DNA from: Dehalococcoidales bacterium
GTDB lineage: Bacteria; Chloroflexota; Dehalococcoidia; Dehalococcoidales; RBG-16-60-22
Direction of reading: 5' to 3'
Assembly: GCA_050018395.1 (NCBI GenBank)
Contig: JBEKAC010000001.1
Coordinates: forward strand, 6,192-70,191
DNA: 64,000 bases
The notes beneath the pieces are model-generated. The model was not told the DNA's origin. It saw only the letters and a list, made by a program, of their open reading frames with translations, and searched no databases. Shown here piece by piece: positions 1-9,407 of the stretch (position 1 is the stretch's first letter; the number at the start of each line of letters is the position of its first letter). Both the position numbers and the translations under genes were made by a program.

Positions 1-2
1 AC

Positions 3-1157
3 CCCGTCGGCTGGGTCCCCCGGGAAACGTTGCGTGGCTATATCGAGGGCAACGACCCTGTTTCCGGTGCGCTACTAATGGATGAATTAATCTCCGCGCT
101 GACACAGCCGCTGACGGACGCAGAGCTGCACCCAAAAGCATGGCAAAGACCCACCTGGCCGCGGCTGCTCGAGCCGGACACCGAGGAAAATTTACACCGT
201 CTTTTCCTGGAAAACGGCTGGACGGACGGTTTACCGATTCTCCTGCCGACGGAAGAGCGCGTGGCGGAAATGCTCACCGGCACCGGCCACGCTCCCCAGG
301 AATACGTGGGCATGATGTCCGTGACCACTCACGAGGAGCGACTGCAATATACCGTGGAAAAACTGGCGGTCATCGCCGTGATGGCCGGGGCACGACCGGA
401 ACATTTCCCCGTCATCCTGGCCCTGGGCGCTTCCGGGCGGCCTTCCATGCCCAGCTCGACCACCTCCTTCGCCAGCATGATGGTCGTCAACGGCCCCATC
501 CGTAACGAAATCGGCATGAACGGCGGGCTCGGCGCCTTAAGCCCGATCAACTATGCCAATTCCGTCATCGGCCGCGCCTGGACACTGATGAGCATTAACA
601 TGGGGGATGTCCGGCCCGGCGCCACGTTCACCGCCAGCACCGGCACCACCATCAACTACAACAACATGTGCTGCGCGGAAAACGAGGAGCTAAGCGTCTG
701 GGAGCCCTTCCACGTGCGCAAGGGCTTCAAACCGAACGAGAGCGTGGTGAGCCTTTTCCGCGGCTGGACAGTACTCGGCTTCAATACCGGCCCGCTGACG
801 CGGATGGTGGAGGTGATGAAAAACATCGGCGGCCCGTTCGGCGGTTCATTTACTTTCGTTATCGACCCGCTGGTGGCCAAGAGCCTGAAAAACGACGAAG
901 GCTACGCTGACCCGGCCAAGCTAAGCGAGTGGCTGGTGGACAAGCTGAACTTCCGCTTCAAGCGTCCGGAAGCGGTGAACTTCGTGGTGGTGGGCGGGGA
1001 AATGAATCCCATGTGGGTGACGACAGATTTTTCCTACTTCCAGTCGGTGTCAATCGACCCGTGGATTCCTAAGGCGGGCATCAAGAAAGACGCAAGACCA
1101 CTGCGGATGCCGGCGGCAGCAGTCTGCAAGGACGGCTCCTGCGGGATTGACCACTAG
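3..1157 (+). CDS. UGSC-family (seleno)protein paralog, C-terminal part; 5' end lies before the window
   Basis: The frame is open from base 3 (PVGWVPRETLRGYIEGNDP). It has GWTDGLPILLPTEERV, AVMAGARPE and NGPIR motifs, is collinear with the 3347-5143 paralog, and ends in CKDGSC. Confidence 0.85.
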   Translation, partial: PVGWVPRETLRGYIEGNDPVSGALLMDELISALTQPLTDAELHPKAWQRPTWPRLLEPDTEENLHRLFLENGWTDGLPILLPTEERVAEMLTGTGHAPQEYVGMMSVTTHEERLQYTVEKLAVIAVMAGARPEHFPVILALGASGRPSMPSSTTSFASMMVVNGPIRNEIGMNGGLGALSPINYANSVIGRAWTLMSINMGDVRPGATFTASTGTTINYNNMCCAENEELSVWEPFHVRKGFKPNESVVSLFRGWTVLGFNTGPLTRMVEVMKNIGGPFGGSFTFVIDPLVAKSLKNDEGYADPAKLSEWLVDKLNFRFKRPEAVNFVVVGGEMNPMWVTTDFSYFQSVSIDPWIPKAGIKKDARPLRMPAAAVCKDGSCGIDH

Positions 1158-1187
1158 ACTGGTACATAATAATGTAATCAACATATT

Positions 1188-1308
1188 CCTCTCCCTTGAC
1201 GGGAGAGGGGTAAAAATTAGCAACTTCTCTCCCCTTGTGGGAGAGATTAGAGTGAGGGGTAATACTGGCATTCACCCTCACCCTGCCCTCTCCCATTGAG
1301 GGAGAGGG
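1188..1308. repeat. REP-like intergenic palindrome cluster (CCTCTCCC-N4/5-GGGAGAGG units)
   Basis: Three CTCTCCC..GGGAGAG hairpins, plus GTGAGGG/CCCTCAC inverted arms. Confidence 0.75.
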
Positions 1309-1365
1309 ATTAACATGGATTGTTTACAAAAATAGGTTTAGTTATAGAGAAAAGAGAAATCAGCC

Positions 1366-2319
1366 ATGAAGGACTTTAAAGGGAAAACAGCTTTTATCAC
1401 CGGCGGGGCCAGCGGCATCGGGCTGGGAATTGCTAAAGCCTGCGTGAAATACGGTATGAAGGTAGTCATCGCCGATGCGCGGCAAAGCGCGCTGGATGCA
1501 GCGATGGCCTATTTCAAAAAAGCCAAAGCTCCCGTCCACCCGATCAACCTGAATGTCACCGACCGCGTCGCTTATGTCAGGGCCGCCGACGAGGCGGAAA
1601 GAGTCTTCGGGAAGATACACCTGCTGGTCAGTAATGCCGGCGTGGGCTCCGGCACCGGCCCCATCGATAAACTGACCTATAAAGACTGGGACTACAGCAT
1701 GGGGGTGAACGTTTGGGGCTGCATCAACAGCATGATGACCATCGTGCCGCGTATTCTTAAGCACGGGGAGGGCGGCCACATCGTCGCCACGTCATCCACC
1801 TGCGGCCTGATGGCCTCGGGCAACTTCACTATCTATTGCTCTACCAAGGCTGCCGTCTGTGCCATTATCGAGTGTCTCGCCACGGAGCTCCAGGACAAGA
1901 ACATCGGGGCTTCGGTGCTAATCCCGGGGCCGACGAATACCGATCTGGGCCGGTCTTCCTTCGAGAATAAGCCGGCCGAATTGAGGAACGAAGGCGAGAC
2001 CTGGCCGCCGCAAATGCCCCCGCCGCGCCCTCAAGGCGCCCCGCCCCGCCGTACCCCGCCGGGAGATATGACCGATGTTATTATGGACCCTATAGAGACC
2101 GGCGAGCGAGTGATACGGGGTATCAGGAACAACGACCTTTATATCCACACCCACCCGGAGTTCAAGGACGGGTACATCGCGCGGCACAACGCCATCATCC
2201 GCGCCATCCCCGACGAGCCGCGGAACGAAAAGCGCTGGGAGGTCGTGAAAAACTTCGGGACGATTATTTATAACGATATTTATGACAAACAGCAGCCGGT
2301 AGGCCCGCCGGACTGGTAA
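1366..2319 (+). CDS. SDR oxidoreductase, LigL/LigO-like Calpha-dehydrogenase family
   Basis: TGGASGIG, NAG and YCSTK motifs; TYKDWDY, NIGASVLIPGP and NDLYIHTHP segments resemble sphingomonad LigL (recalled, not aligned). Confidence 0.85.
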   Translation: MKDFKGKTAFITGGASGIGLGIAKACVKYGMKVVIADARQSALDAAMAYFKKAKAPVHPINLNVTDRVAYVRAADEAERVFGKIHLLVSNAGVGSGTGPIDKLTYKDWDYSMGVNVWGCINSMMTIVPRILKHGEGGHIVATSSTCGLMASGNFTIYCSTKAAVCAIIECLATELQDKNIGASVLIPGPTNTDLGRSSFENKPAELRNEGETWPPQMPPPRPQGAPPRRTPPGDMTDVIMDPIETGERVIRGIRNNDLYIHTHPEFKDGYIARHNAIIRAIPDEPRNEKRWEVVKNFGTIIYNDIYDKQQPVGPPDW

Positions 2320-2335
2320 AATAACGGAGGGAACC

Positions 2336-3325
2336 ATGAAGGATTTTAAAGACAAGATATTATTCATCACCGGGGGGGCCTCCGGAGCGGGGTTGGGGCA
2401 GGCCAAAGTCTTTGCCGAGGCCGGCTGCAAGGTCGTCATCGCAGACATACGGCAGGACCACATCGACGAGGCGATGGCCTATTTTAAAAGCAAAAAGGCG
2501 CCGGTACACGCCATCAAACTGGATATTACGGACCGGAAAGCCTACACCGCCGCCGCGGACGAGGTGGAGGCGGTGTTCGGGGGACCGCCGCAGCTGCTGT
2601 TCAACACGGCGGGCGTTAACGCCTTCGGCCCCGCCGAGGCTTCGACTTTTGAAGACTACGACTGGATTATCGGGGTCGACCTTTTCGGGGTGATTAACGG
2701 GCTGGTGACCTTCGTGCCGCGCATGATTAAAGCCGGCAAGGGCGGACACATCGCCGCTGTGGCCTCGATGGGCGGCCTGATGGGCGGCCCCACCACCGCC
2801 CCCTATTCCGCCGCCAAGGCCGCCGTTATCAATCTCATGGAGAGTTATTACCTGTCCCTCAAGCCCTACGGCATCGGCGTTTCCTGCCTCTGCCCCGGCG
2901 GCATCCGGACGAACATCGGCGAATCTTCCTATACCCGGCCTAAAAAGTTGGAAAACACCGGCTACAACACCAACGAAACGACCATCTCGTTCATGCGGCA
3001 CCACTACTCCTTCGGCATCGACCCGGAGGAACTGGCACGCATTCTCAAGAAGGGCATCGAGGAAGATATCCTTTACGTGCTACCCGTGCCGGAGCCGGAG
3101 AAAATGATGCAGGGCGTGGCGGAGCGGCTGGTCAACTACACGACGCCGGAGGGCATGAAACGGCAAAATGAGCTGGAGACCAAACGCCGCGAGGAGAGGC
3201 GCCTGCACCCCGCCCCCAGCATCGCGGGGGGAGAGGAAGCGGGGTGGGGCAAGGCGCGGCCGGACTTGACCTGGGTAAAGCCATCATCGCGGTGGTCAGG
3301 CAAGGTACCTAAAAAGAAAAAATAG
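2336..3325 (+). CDS. SDR oxidoreductase, LigD-like Calpha-dehydrogenase
   Basis: TGGASGAGLGQAKVF, AADEVEAVFG, NTAGVN.FGP and PYSAAKAA.INLME closely match LigD as recalled; GGAGG RBS. Confidence 0.9.
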   Translation: MKDFKDKILFITGGASGAGLGQAKVFAEAGCKVVIADIRQDHIDEAMAYFKSKKAPVHAIKLDITDRKAYTAAADEVEAVFGGPPQLLFNTAGVNAFGPAEASTFEDYDWIIGVDLFGVINGLVTFVPRMIKAGKGGHIAAVASMGGLMGGPTTAPYSAAKAAVINLMESYYLSLKPYGIGVSCLCPGGIRTNIGESSYTRPKKLENTGYNTNETTISFMRHHYSFGIDPEELARILKKGIEEDILYVLPVPEPEKMMQGVAERLVNYTTPEGMKRQNELETKRREERRLHPAPSIAGGEEAGWGKARPDLTWVKPSSRWSGKVPKKKK

Positions 3326-3346
3326 AACTTAACCCGGAGGCACATT

Positions 3347-4972
3347 ATGTCTATTGAAATACGCTATACCGTCATGAGCCCCGAGGTGCGAGGGGAGAAA
3401 GTGACCGGACCGCCGCCGCATATGCCCGGGCCGCCACCCGCGGCCGGACCCGCGGCGCCGCCGTCTAAAAATACTTTAGCCAAAAGGCTGAACACGCTGG
3501 ACAAAAAGACGGTCTACCTGGTGGATACCGGCTTCGGCGGCAGCTACAACTTCATGCTGCAACTGCAAATATGGTTCAAAGAAAATATGCCGTCCGTGAC
3601 CACGGTACGCAAGCGCAAGCCGGGCAACGTGTTCATGGACGATAACAACGAGCTCTGGGAGGAAGTTAAAGTAAAAGGGGACGCGGTGGTCCTCGGGGTG
3701 GCGGGCTGACCGGGCTGCGTTGGAGCGGTCGCTTCAGGCAGCAGAAAACTGGAAACGAGCTACGGCATCCCGGTAGCGCCCATATCGACACTGGCGTTCC
3801 GTAATGTGGTGGAAGAGACACGACCAACCTCCCCGTTACCCCTGCCGATGATTTTCACGCCTCACCCGGTCATCGGGCTTTCCCCGGAAGCACTGGACAA
3901 ATACATCGTCGGCGATGACCCGGAAACAGGCAAACCGGTCATCCAGGAAATCATCGACGTCCTGACCAGACCGGTAACCATGTCCCAACCGGCAGGAGCC
4001 ATACCATCAACAGCTAAAGCGGCCCCGATTCAAACGATGCTGGGGCCCGACACCGAAGACAATCTGCAGCGCCTGTTCTACGAAAGAGGCTGGACGGACG
4101 GACTGCCGATAATCCTGCCCACCGAGGAGAGGGTGAAAAAGATGCTGGCGGGGACCTGCGCCAAACCGGAGGAGATCGTCAGCGAATCATTCCTGATTGA
4201 TACCAGGGAAATCGTCAAACACACTGTTTCCAGTCTCGCCGTGATTGCCGTCATGGCCGGCGCCAGACCAGAGTATTTCCCGGTCATACTGGGCATCGCG
4301 GCCACGCGGCAGTCATCACTGATGCCTTCGACAACCCCTTTCGAGGCAATGGTCCTGGTGAACGGGCCGATACGCAAAGAAATCGGTATGAACTGCGGCA
4401 TCGGCGCCTTCAGCGCGGTGAACATGGCCAACTCGGTCATCGGCCGGGCGTGGACGCTGATGAGCATCTGCTGGGGCTACGCCAAGCCCCGCGTCACGCT
4501 GTGGAGCTCGCAGGGAAACAACCACACCTACAACAACATGTGCGCTGCCGAGAACGAGGAGCGGAGCGTCTGGGAGCCTTTCCATGTGACTAAAGGTTTC
4601 CGGGCGGAGGAAAGCGTGGTCAGCGTCTTTCGCGGATGGGCGATGGTGAACAGCTACGGGGCCGCTTCCAAACGGTCATTGACCGAAGAATTGAGCTACC
4701 AGCTGGCCATCATGCCCCCGATGCGTTCCGCGGCGACGATTATCATGGACCCGCTGGTGGCCAAAAACCTGAAGGAGAACGAGGGCTTTGCCACCAAGCA
4801 GGACTTCACCCGGCACCTTTCCAAGAATATCAAGATGACGGCGGGGCAATACTGGAAGACCGACCACATCGATATGCTGGTGGCCTCGGAGGCCTACAAG
4901 GGCGTGGAGCCTTACGCCTCCTGGAAAAAGCTGCCGGACGAGTCGCTGATCGCGCCTTATGACAAGCCTTAA
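3347..4972 (+). CDS. UGSC-family selenoprotein (Sec UGA at 3707-3709, U-P-G-C motif) fused to the GWTDGLP domain
   Basis: ORFs 3347-3709 and 3806-4972 are in the same frame. The 32 codons between them are open (PGCVGAVASGSRKLETSYGIPVAPISTLAFRN), and a SECIS hairpin follows the UGA. Confidence 0.85.
3710..3742 (+). promoter_or_regulatory. Bacterial SECIS element
   Basis: Lower stem GCUGC/GCAGC. Upper stem UGGAGC/GCUUCA starts after an 11-nt spacer from the UGA. The apical loop is GGUC, as in the E. coli fdhF SECIS. Confidence 0.8.
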
Positions 4973-5143
4973 AATATCAATATCATCGTCGTTGGTGGGG
5001 AGACGAGCCCCCTGTGGAAAGCCGCCGACTACAGCCATGCCGGGAGCGTGTCCATCGATAAATGGCGGGCGCCTCCCGCCGGCGCGGAATGTAAAGACGG
5101 CGAATGCGGGCTGCCGGACGCCCCGGGCGATTACGATAAATAA
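4973..5143 (+). pseudogene. Detached in-frame C-terminus of the UGSC selenoprotein, after a premature TAA at 4970-4972
   Basis: Reads NINIIVVGGETSPLWKAADYSHAGSVSIDKWR...CKDGECGLPD, homologous to the end of paralog 3-1157 (AVNFVVVGGEMNPMW...SVSIDPW...CKDGSCG). Confidence 0.75.
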
Positions 5144-5222
5144 ATCTTAATCGGCCTGTTTGCCGGCTATCGAAATTTACGGGGTTCAGCGGGTTCGGCT
5201 TAAAAAGGCCGCCCGCTGAATT

Positions 5223-6968
5223 TCATTCCGTGTTATGGTCCGGCTTGTCCTTGGTATCCTGGTCAGGGGTAACTTTAACCACCAGTTCGCCCTTTTCACG
5301 GTAGACGTATTTGCCGCCGCGGAGCCACGACGCGCCGGCGGCGATAAGGCACATCGCGATGGAAAAAGACAAAACAACCATCAGCCCGTGATGGAAGGAC
5401 TGTGAAATCAGTTGCGGGAAAAACGTCCGCGAGGTAATCGCGGCTGCCTGGTCGGGCGGGAGTGCCTGCAGGACTGAGGCCGGGATAACCGTCTGTAAAG
5501 GATTTTTACCCAGGAAAGCGGCGAAAAGATAACCTACGGGCGGGGCGTTAGCCACCTGGTGGGCAATATCGCTGGGGACGGCGTGCTGGACAAGGCCGTT
5601 ATACATCACGGTCGGTATGGACGCGTTCAAGCCTACGGTCATCAAAGTAAAAATGATGGCGGTGGAGAGCGGGCTGCCGACATTGAAAAGCGTGGAACGC
5701 ATACCGGAACCGGCCCCGCGGTGCTGCTCCGGGAGACTATTCATCACCGCGGAAGTATTGGGCGCCATGAACATACCCATCGCCAGGCCGTCCAGCAGGA
5801 TGATCAGCGCGAAGAACGGGTAATGAAAATTGACAGGCAGCAACATCAGCAAGGAAAAGCCGATTGCCGCCACAATCATGGCGGCCGTGGAAAAATAGCG
5901 CGCCCCGTAAGCATCGGAAAGCCGCCCGGAAAGCGGCCCGGCCATTAAAACGCCGAGGCTGGAAGGCAGCATAAAAACACCTGCCCACAGCGGCGTAATT
6001 TCATAATTGTAGCCGTGCAGCGGGAGCCAGATACCCTGGAGCCAGATAGCCAGCATGAGCATCAATCCGCCGCGGGCAATCGCCGCCATTAGAGAAGCCA
6101 TGCTGCCCGCCGCGAAAGCCCGTATGCGGAAAAGGTTGATGCGGAACATGGGGGACGGGACATGCTGCTCGATGATGATGAAAATAATCAGCAGTGCGGC
6201 GCCGCCGCTCAACATGCCGATGACGAAGGGCGTGCCCCAGCTCATATCGGAAGTAGCGCTGGCCTGGATGCCGAAATTGATCCCGACAAGCACCATCGTG
6301 AGGCCGGCGGCGAAGGCGATGTTGCCCAGCCAGTCGATGGACTCTTTTTTACGATAACCAATCTCCTGAAGCTTCAAATAGGCCCAGATGGTGCCGGCAA
6401 TGCCGATGGGTACGTTAAAGAGAAATACCCAGCGCCAGCCGACCTGCGATAAAAACCCGCCGACAAGGACGCCCAGGAAGGAACCCGCGACAGCGGCGAT
6501 CTGGTTCAAACCGAGGGCCATGCCGCGCTGGTTTATCGGGAAGGCATCGGTGAGAATTGCCGCCGAGTTAGAAAACAGGAATGCCCCGCCGACCCCCTGC
6601 ACCATCCTGAACAAAATCAGCTCGACCGCGGCGATGGGGCCGTGGCCCAGCGTGCAAGTTGCCAGGATGGAACCCACCGTAAAAACCGCGAACCCCAGAT
6701 TATACATCTTGGTCCGCCCGTACATATCCCCCATGCGCCCCAGCGTCACGACGAGGACCGCCATGGCCAGCGTGTAGCTCATCATCAGCCAGAGGAGGAA
6801 GGAGAAACTATCACGCGCCAGCGGATCGATGCCGATGCCGCGGAAAATGACGGGCAATGACAGCAGCAGGCTGGCGGCGTTGACCGAAGCCAGCAGCATG
6901 CCCAGCGTGGTATTGGAAAGCACGACCCATTTATACCTTGGGCCGACGGGGCGGGGCGGCGATGACAT
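5223..6968 (-). CDS. MFS transporter, 14-TMS DHA2 (EmrB/QacA-like)
   Basis: GRMGDMYGR motif A, RMVQGVGGA, many hydrophobic helices; start could be 6968-6980. Confidence 0.9.
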   Translation of the reverse strand: MSSPPRPVGPRYKWVVLSNTTLGMLLASVNAASLLLSLPVIFRGIGIDPLARDSFSFLLWLMMSYTLAMAVLVVTLGRMGDMYGRTKMYNLGFAVFTVGSILATCTLGHGPIAAVELILFRMVQGVGGAFLFSNSAAILTDAFPINQRGMALGLNQIAAVAGSFLGVLVGGFLSQVGWRWVFLFNVPIGIAGTIWAYLKLQEIGYRKKESIDWLGNIAFAAGLTMVLVGINFGIQASATSDMSWGTPFVIGMLSGGAALLIIFIIIEQHVPSPMFRINLFRIRAFAAGSMASLMAAIARGGLMLMLAIWLQGIWLPLHGYNYEITPLWAGVFMLPSSLGVLMAGPLSGRLSDAYGARYFSTAAMIVAAIGFSLLMLLPVNFHYPFFALIILLDGLAMGMFMAPNTSAVMNSLPEQHRGAGSGMRSTLFNVGSPLSTAIIFTLMTVGLNASIPTVMYNGLVQHAVPSDIAHQVANAPPVGYLFAAFLGKNPLQTVIPASVLQALPPDQAAAITSRTFFPQLISQSFHHGLMVVLSFSIAMCLIAAGASWLRGGKYVYREKGELVVKVTPDQDTKDKPDHNTE

Positions 6969-7385
6969 CAAAGCAAGCACTCCTTAGGCACATTCATCAA
7001 ACATCCACAGCCGCGCACTCAGGTAATGGAGAAGCAAAAAGGTATTTAGGTGAAGGTCAATAAATGACGATGTTTTTTCCTTAAAGTGTGCGGCGGCAAG
7101 TAACACACCAAAAAATTATATACATTGAAAGTATAGAATTTATCGAGTAACTTTTCAATAAAAGCCGGAACCCACGTAGGACATGCCGAAGAATGCCGAT
7201 ATATGAATTCGTTGCAACGGAACAGTTTAATGCAGGTTTAACCGCGAGCCTCAAGATAACACCAGCCCGCACGGGAAAATTGAACGAGGCTGACTGCCCC
7301 CGAATAGCTAGAAAAAACCTAAGTTTTTTCCGGAAGCAGCCAGCCCCGTATCTTCTGACACTTAAAAACTATCGATCAGACGCGT

Positions 7386-7868
7386 TTATTTTTTACCGGC
7401 TTTTTTATCCGGCGGTTTGGTGAAATTCTGGCCGATAATAACGGAATCGAAAGATTCCGCCATCATGATATGCCCGAACATAATCGGCTTGTCCACCCGT
7501 TTGAAATTGAGCGGGCAATGCGGCAGGTTGCCGGGGACATAGACCCAGGTGGTATTCTTGATAACATGCATTTCCGCGTCTTTGCCTTCACCGAGGGTAA
7601 ACTCCACCTCTGCCCCGAATTCCTTAAAATTCATCGGGTCGCCGCCGATAAAATAGAGGATTTCGGCCACGGCATGCGCATGGGGTGTAGGTATCATCAA
7701 GAAGGGCCGGTAAATGGGGCGCAGCACCTGGACCAGGGGCTCATCCCACCCTTTGACACGTTCATGCTGGCCGATGCCAATGTACACCGGCGCGTCCGCC
7801 GGCGTGCCCGGATGATTGATTCCCCAGGGTTCCGTCAAAAAATACTTATCAAATTTTCCCTTAGCCAT
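7386..7868 (-). CDS. Cupin-like protein (paralog 1)
   Basis: HAH..AEILYFIG.DP, GAEVEF.LG and VPGNLPHCP motifs; AGGAG RBS. Confidence 0.8.
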   Translation of the reverse strand: MAKGKFDKYFLTEPWGINHPGTPADAPVYIGIGQHERVKGWDEPLVQVLRPIYRPFLMIPTPHAHAVAEILYFIGGDPMNFKEFGAEVEFTLGEGKDAEMHVIKNTTWVYVPGNLPHCPLNFKRVDKPIMFGHIMMAESFDSVIIGQNFTKPPDKKAGKK

Positions 7869-7988
7869 TTTCAACTCCTTTTTTATTTATCGTTGATTGC
7901 TAACATTTAAGCATAATATACTTTTTTAATCAATTTTTTTCAATATATTGCGATATTACGCCATTTACCTCCCGAAGTAAATCCGGCT

Positions 7989-9314
7989 TTATTTATAGAC
8001 GCCGTATTCCTCGACGGCTTCTATCATGGCGCGCAGGTTATCCGGGTTGCCCTTATCGATGCCCGCGCCGGAAGTAAGGACGTAACCGCCGCCTTCACCG
8101 CAGACTTCGATAAGGTGCCGGCAATAAGCCTTCACCACTTTGGGTGTGCCGGTGATTAATAACGAAGCGGGCACGTTGCCGGCAATGCAGGCTTTGCCGC
8201 CGAGCAGTCGCTTGGCCTTATCCATATCGGTCTGGTCGAAGTGCCAGTAAACTTTCTTTTTCGGCAGGTCCGTTACCAGGTCGAGGCGGTTGGTATATTT
8301 GCCCTCGGCGAAGAGACACGGCACGCAGCCTTCATCTATCAGGCCCAATACCACCTTCTTCAAGCCCGGCCAGTAAAATTTCTGGAACTGAGCATCGGAC
8401 ATGAATACATCGTCCCCCTTGTGCAGGGCGAAGAAAACTATCGGGTTGCGGGAGGCATTGGCCATCTGCACACCCACATTGATATTCATCGGGGTCAGCA
8501 TCTCGATGGCTTCGAGTATCTTCTCCGGCTGCCGATACATATCCATGACGATGCCCCGGGTGCCCCTCAACGTGTCCGCCAGGATATCAAAAGGCGCATG
8601 GGACTGCCCGCCCCAGAAAGACGGATAGCCCGCCTCCAACCCTTCCCGGGCGAACTCCATAAAGGGTTTGTTCCAGTTTTCTTCCTCGATGCCGTAATCG
8701 ATGATGGCCTGGAAAGCCGCGCGCACGTCCGCCCTGATGGCCGGCATTACGAACCGGTTGGCCATACCCAGCATGTGTGAAAGCGGTGAAAAGCTGGCAA
8801 AAGGCTGGAGCGCCCCCAGCGAACGCGGCAGATAAAAGCGGAAACACCAGTCGCCGGGATCTTTAACCAGCAGATCATATTCATCCGCCTTCATGTATTC
8901 GCCTTCCACGAAGTTGGGCAGGCTGGCGTCATCCGGCAGACCATGGCCCGGCCAGCGCATTGTCAGACTTTGGAGGATCTCCGATCCCCGGGCGGACATG
9001 GCGCCACCACCGGAAAAAGTATCGCTTTGCGGGAAATCCTTGAAGAATTTACGGTAGGCGGCGCAGGCTCTTTCATTATCGTACATGGCTTCTTTAAGCG
9101 TCATCCCGGAATAATGGAGCGGAAAGGAAGGTAGCAATAACGGCACACGGTCAGGTATCTCGCAGTTAATCGCCTTGATCAGCCGTGTTACCCGTTTTTT
9201 ATAGTTTGTTTCCGCGGCTTTGCCGGAAAATTTAACATTCTCCGGCGATAGCCAGCGCGCGAATCTTTCGGCGCGCTTTTCCTCCGGCGTCATCTGGTCC
9301 CAGTTTTTCTTCAC
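7989..9314 (-). CDS. Uroporphyrinogen decarboxylase (URO-D/CIMS-like) family protein
   Basis: PDRVP, PFD.LADTLRG, F.KFYWP, CIAGNVP and GGGYVL motifs; GTG start with AGGAGG RBS. Confidence 0.85.
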   Translation of the reverse strand: MKKNWDQMTPEEKRAERFARWLSPENVKFSGKAAETNYKKRVTRLIKAINCEIPDRVPLLLPSFPLHYSGMTLKEAMYDNERACAAYRKFFKDFPQSDTFSGGGAMSARGSEILQSLTMRWPGHGLPDDASLPNFVEGEYMKADEYDLLVKDPGDWCFRFYLPRSLGALQPFASFSPLSHMLGMANRFVMPAIRADVRAAFQAIIDYGIEEENWNKPFMEFAREGLEAGYPSFWGGQSHAPFDILADTLRGTRGIVMDMYRQPEKILEAIEMLTPMNINVGVQMANASRNPIVFFALHKGDDVFMSDAQFQKFYWPGLKKVVLGLIDEGCVPCLFAEGKYTNRLDLVTDLPKKKVYWHFDQTDMDKAKRLLGGKACIAGNVPASLLITGTPKVVKAYCRHLIEVCGEGGGYVLTSGAGIDKGNPDNLRAMIEAVEEYGVYK

Positions 9315-9407
9315 GTAAGTTCCTCCTGAAAAATAGATTTTATCTTAAAATACGGTCTTTCTAACTAAAAATTCACCTTATTGACGGCCTGTGATATAAT
9401 GGGGCAA

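Noticed and set aside
2001-2062. Pro-rich inserts in SDR 1366, the UGSC N-terminus and SDR 40856 as a shared targeting signal
   Set aside because: Low-complexity segments with no common motif; most likely flexible loops.
7081-7423. Short ORFs or ncRNA between the MFS and cupin genes
   Set aside because: No RBS, motif or convincing fold seen.
7989-9314. hemE
   Set aside because: It lacks the RQAGR motif and haem-pathway neighbours; the same holds for 38542-39681.
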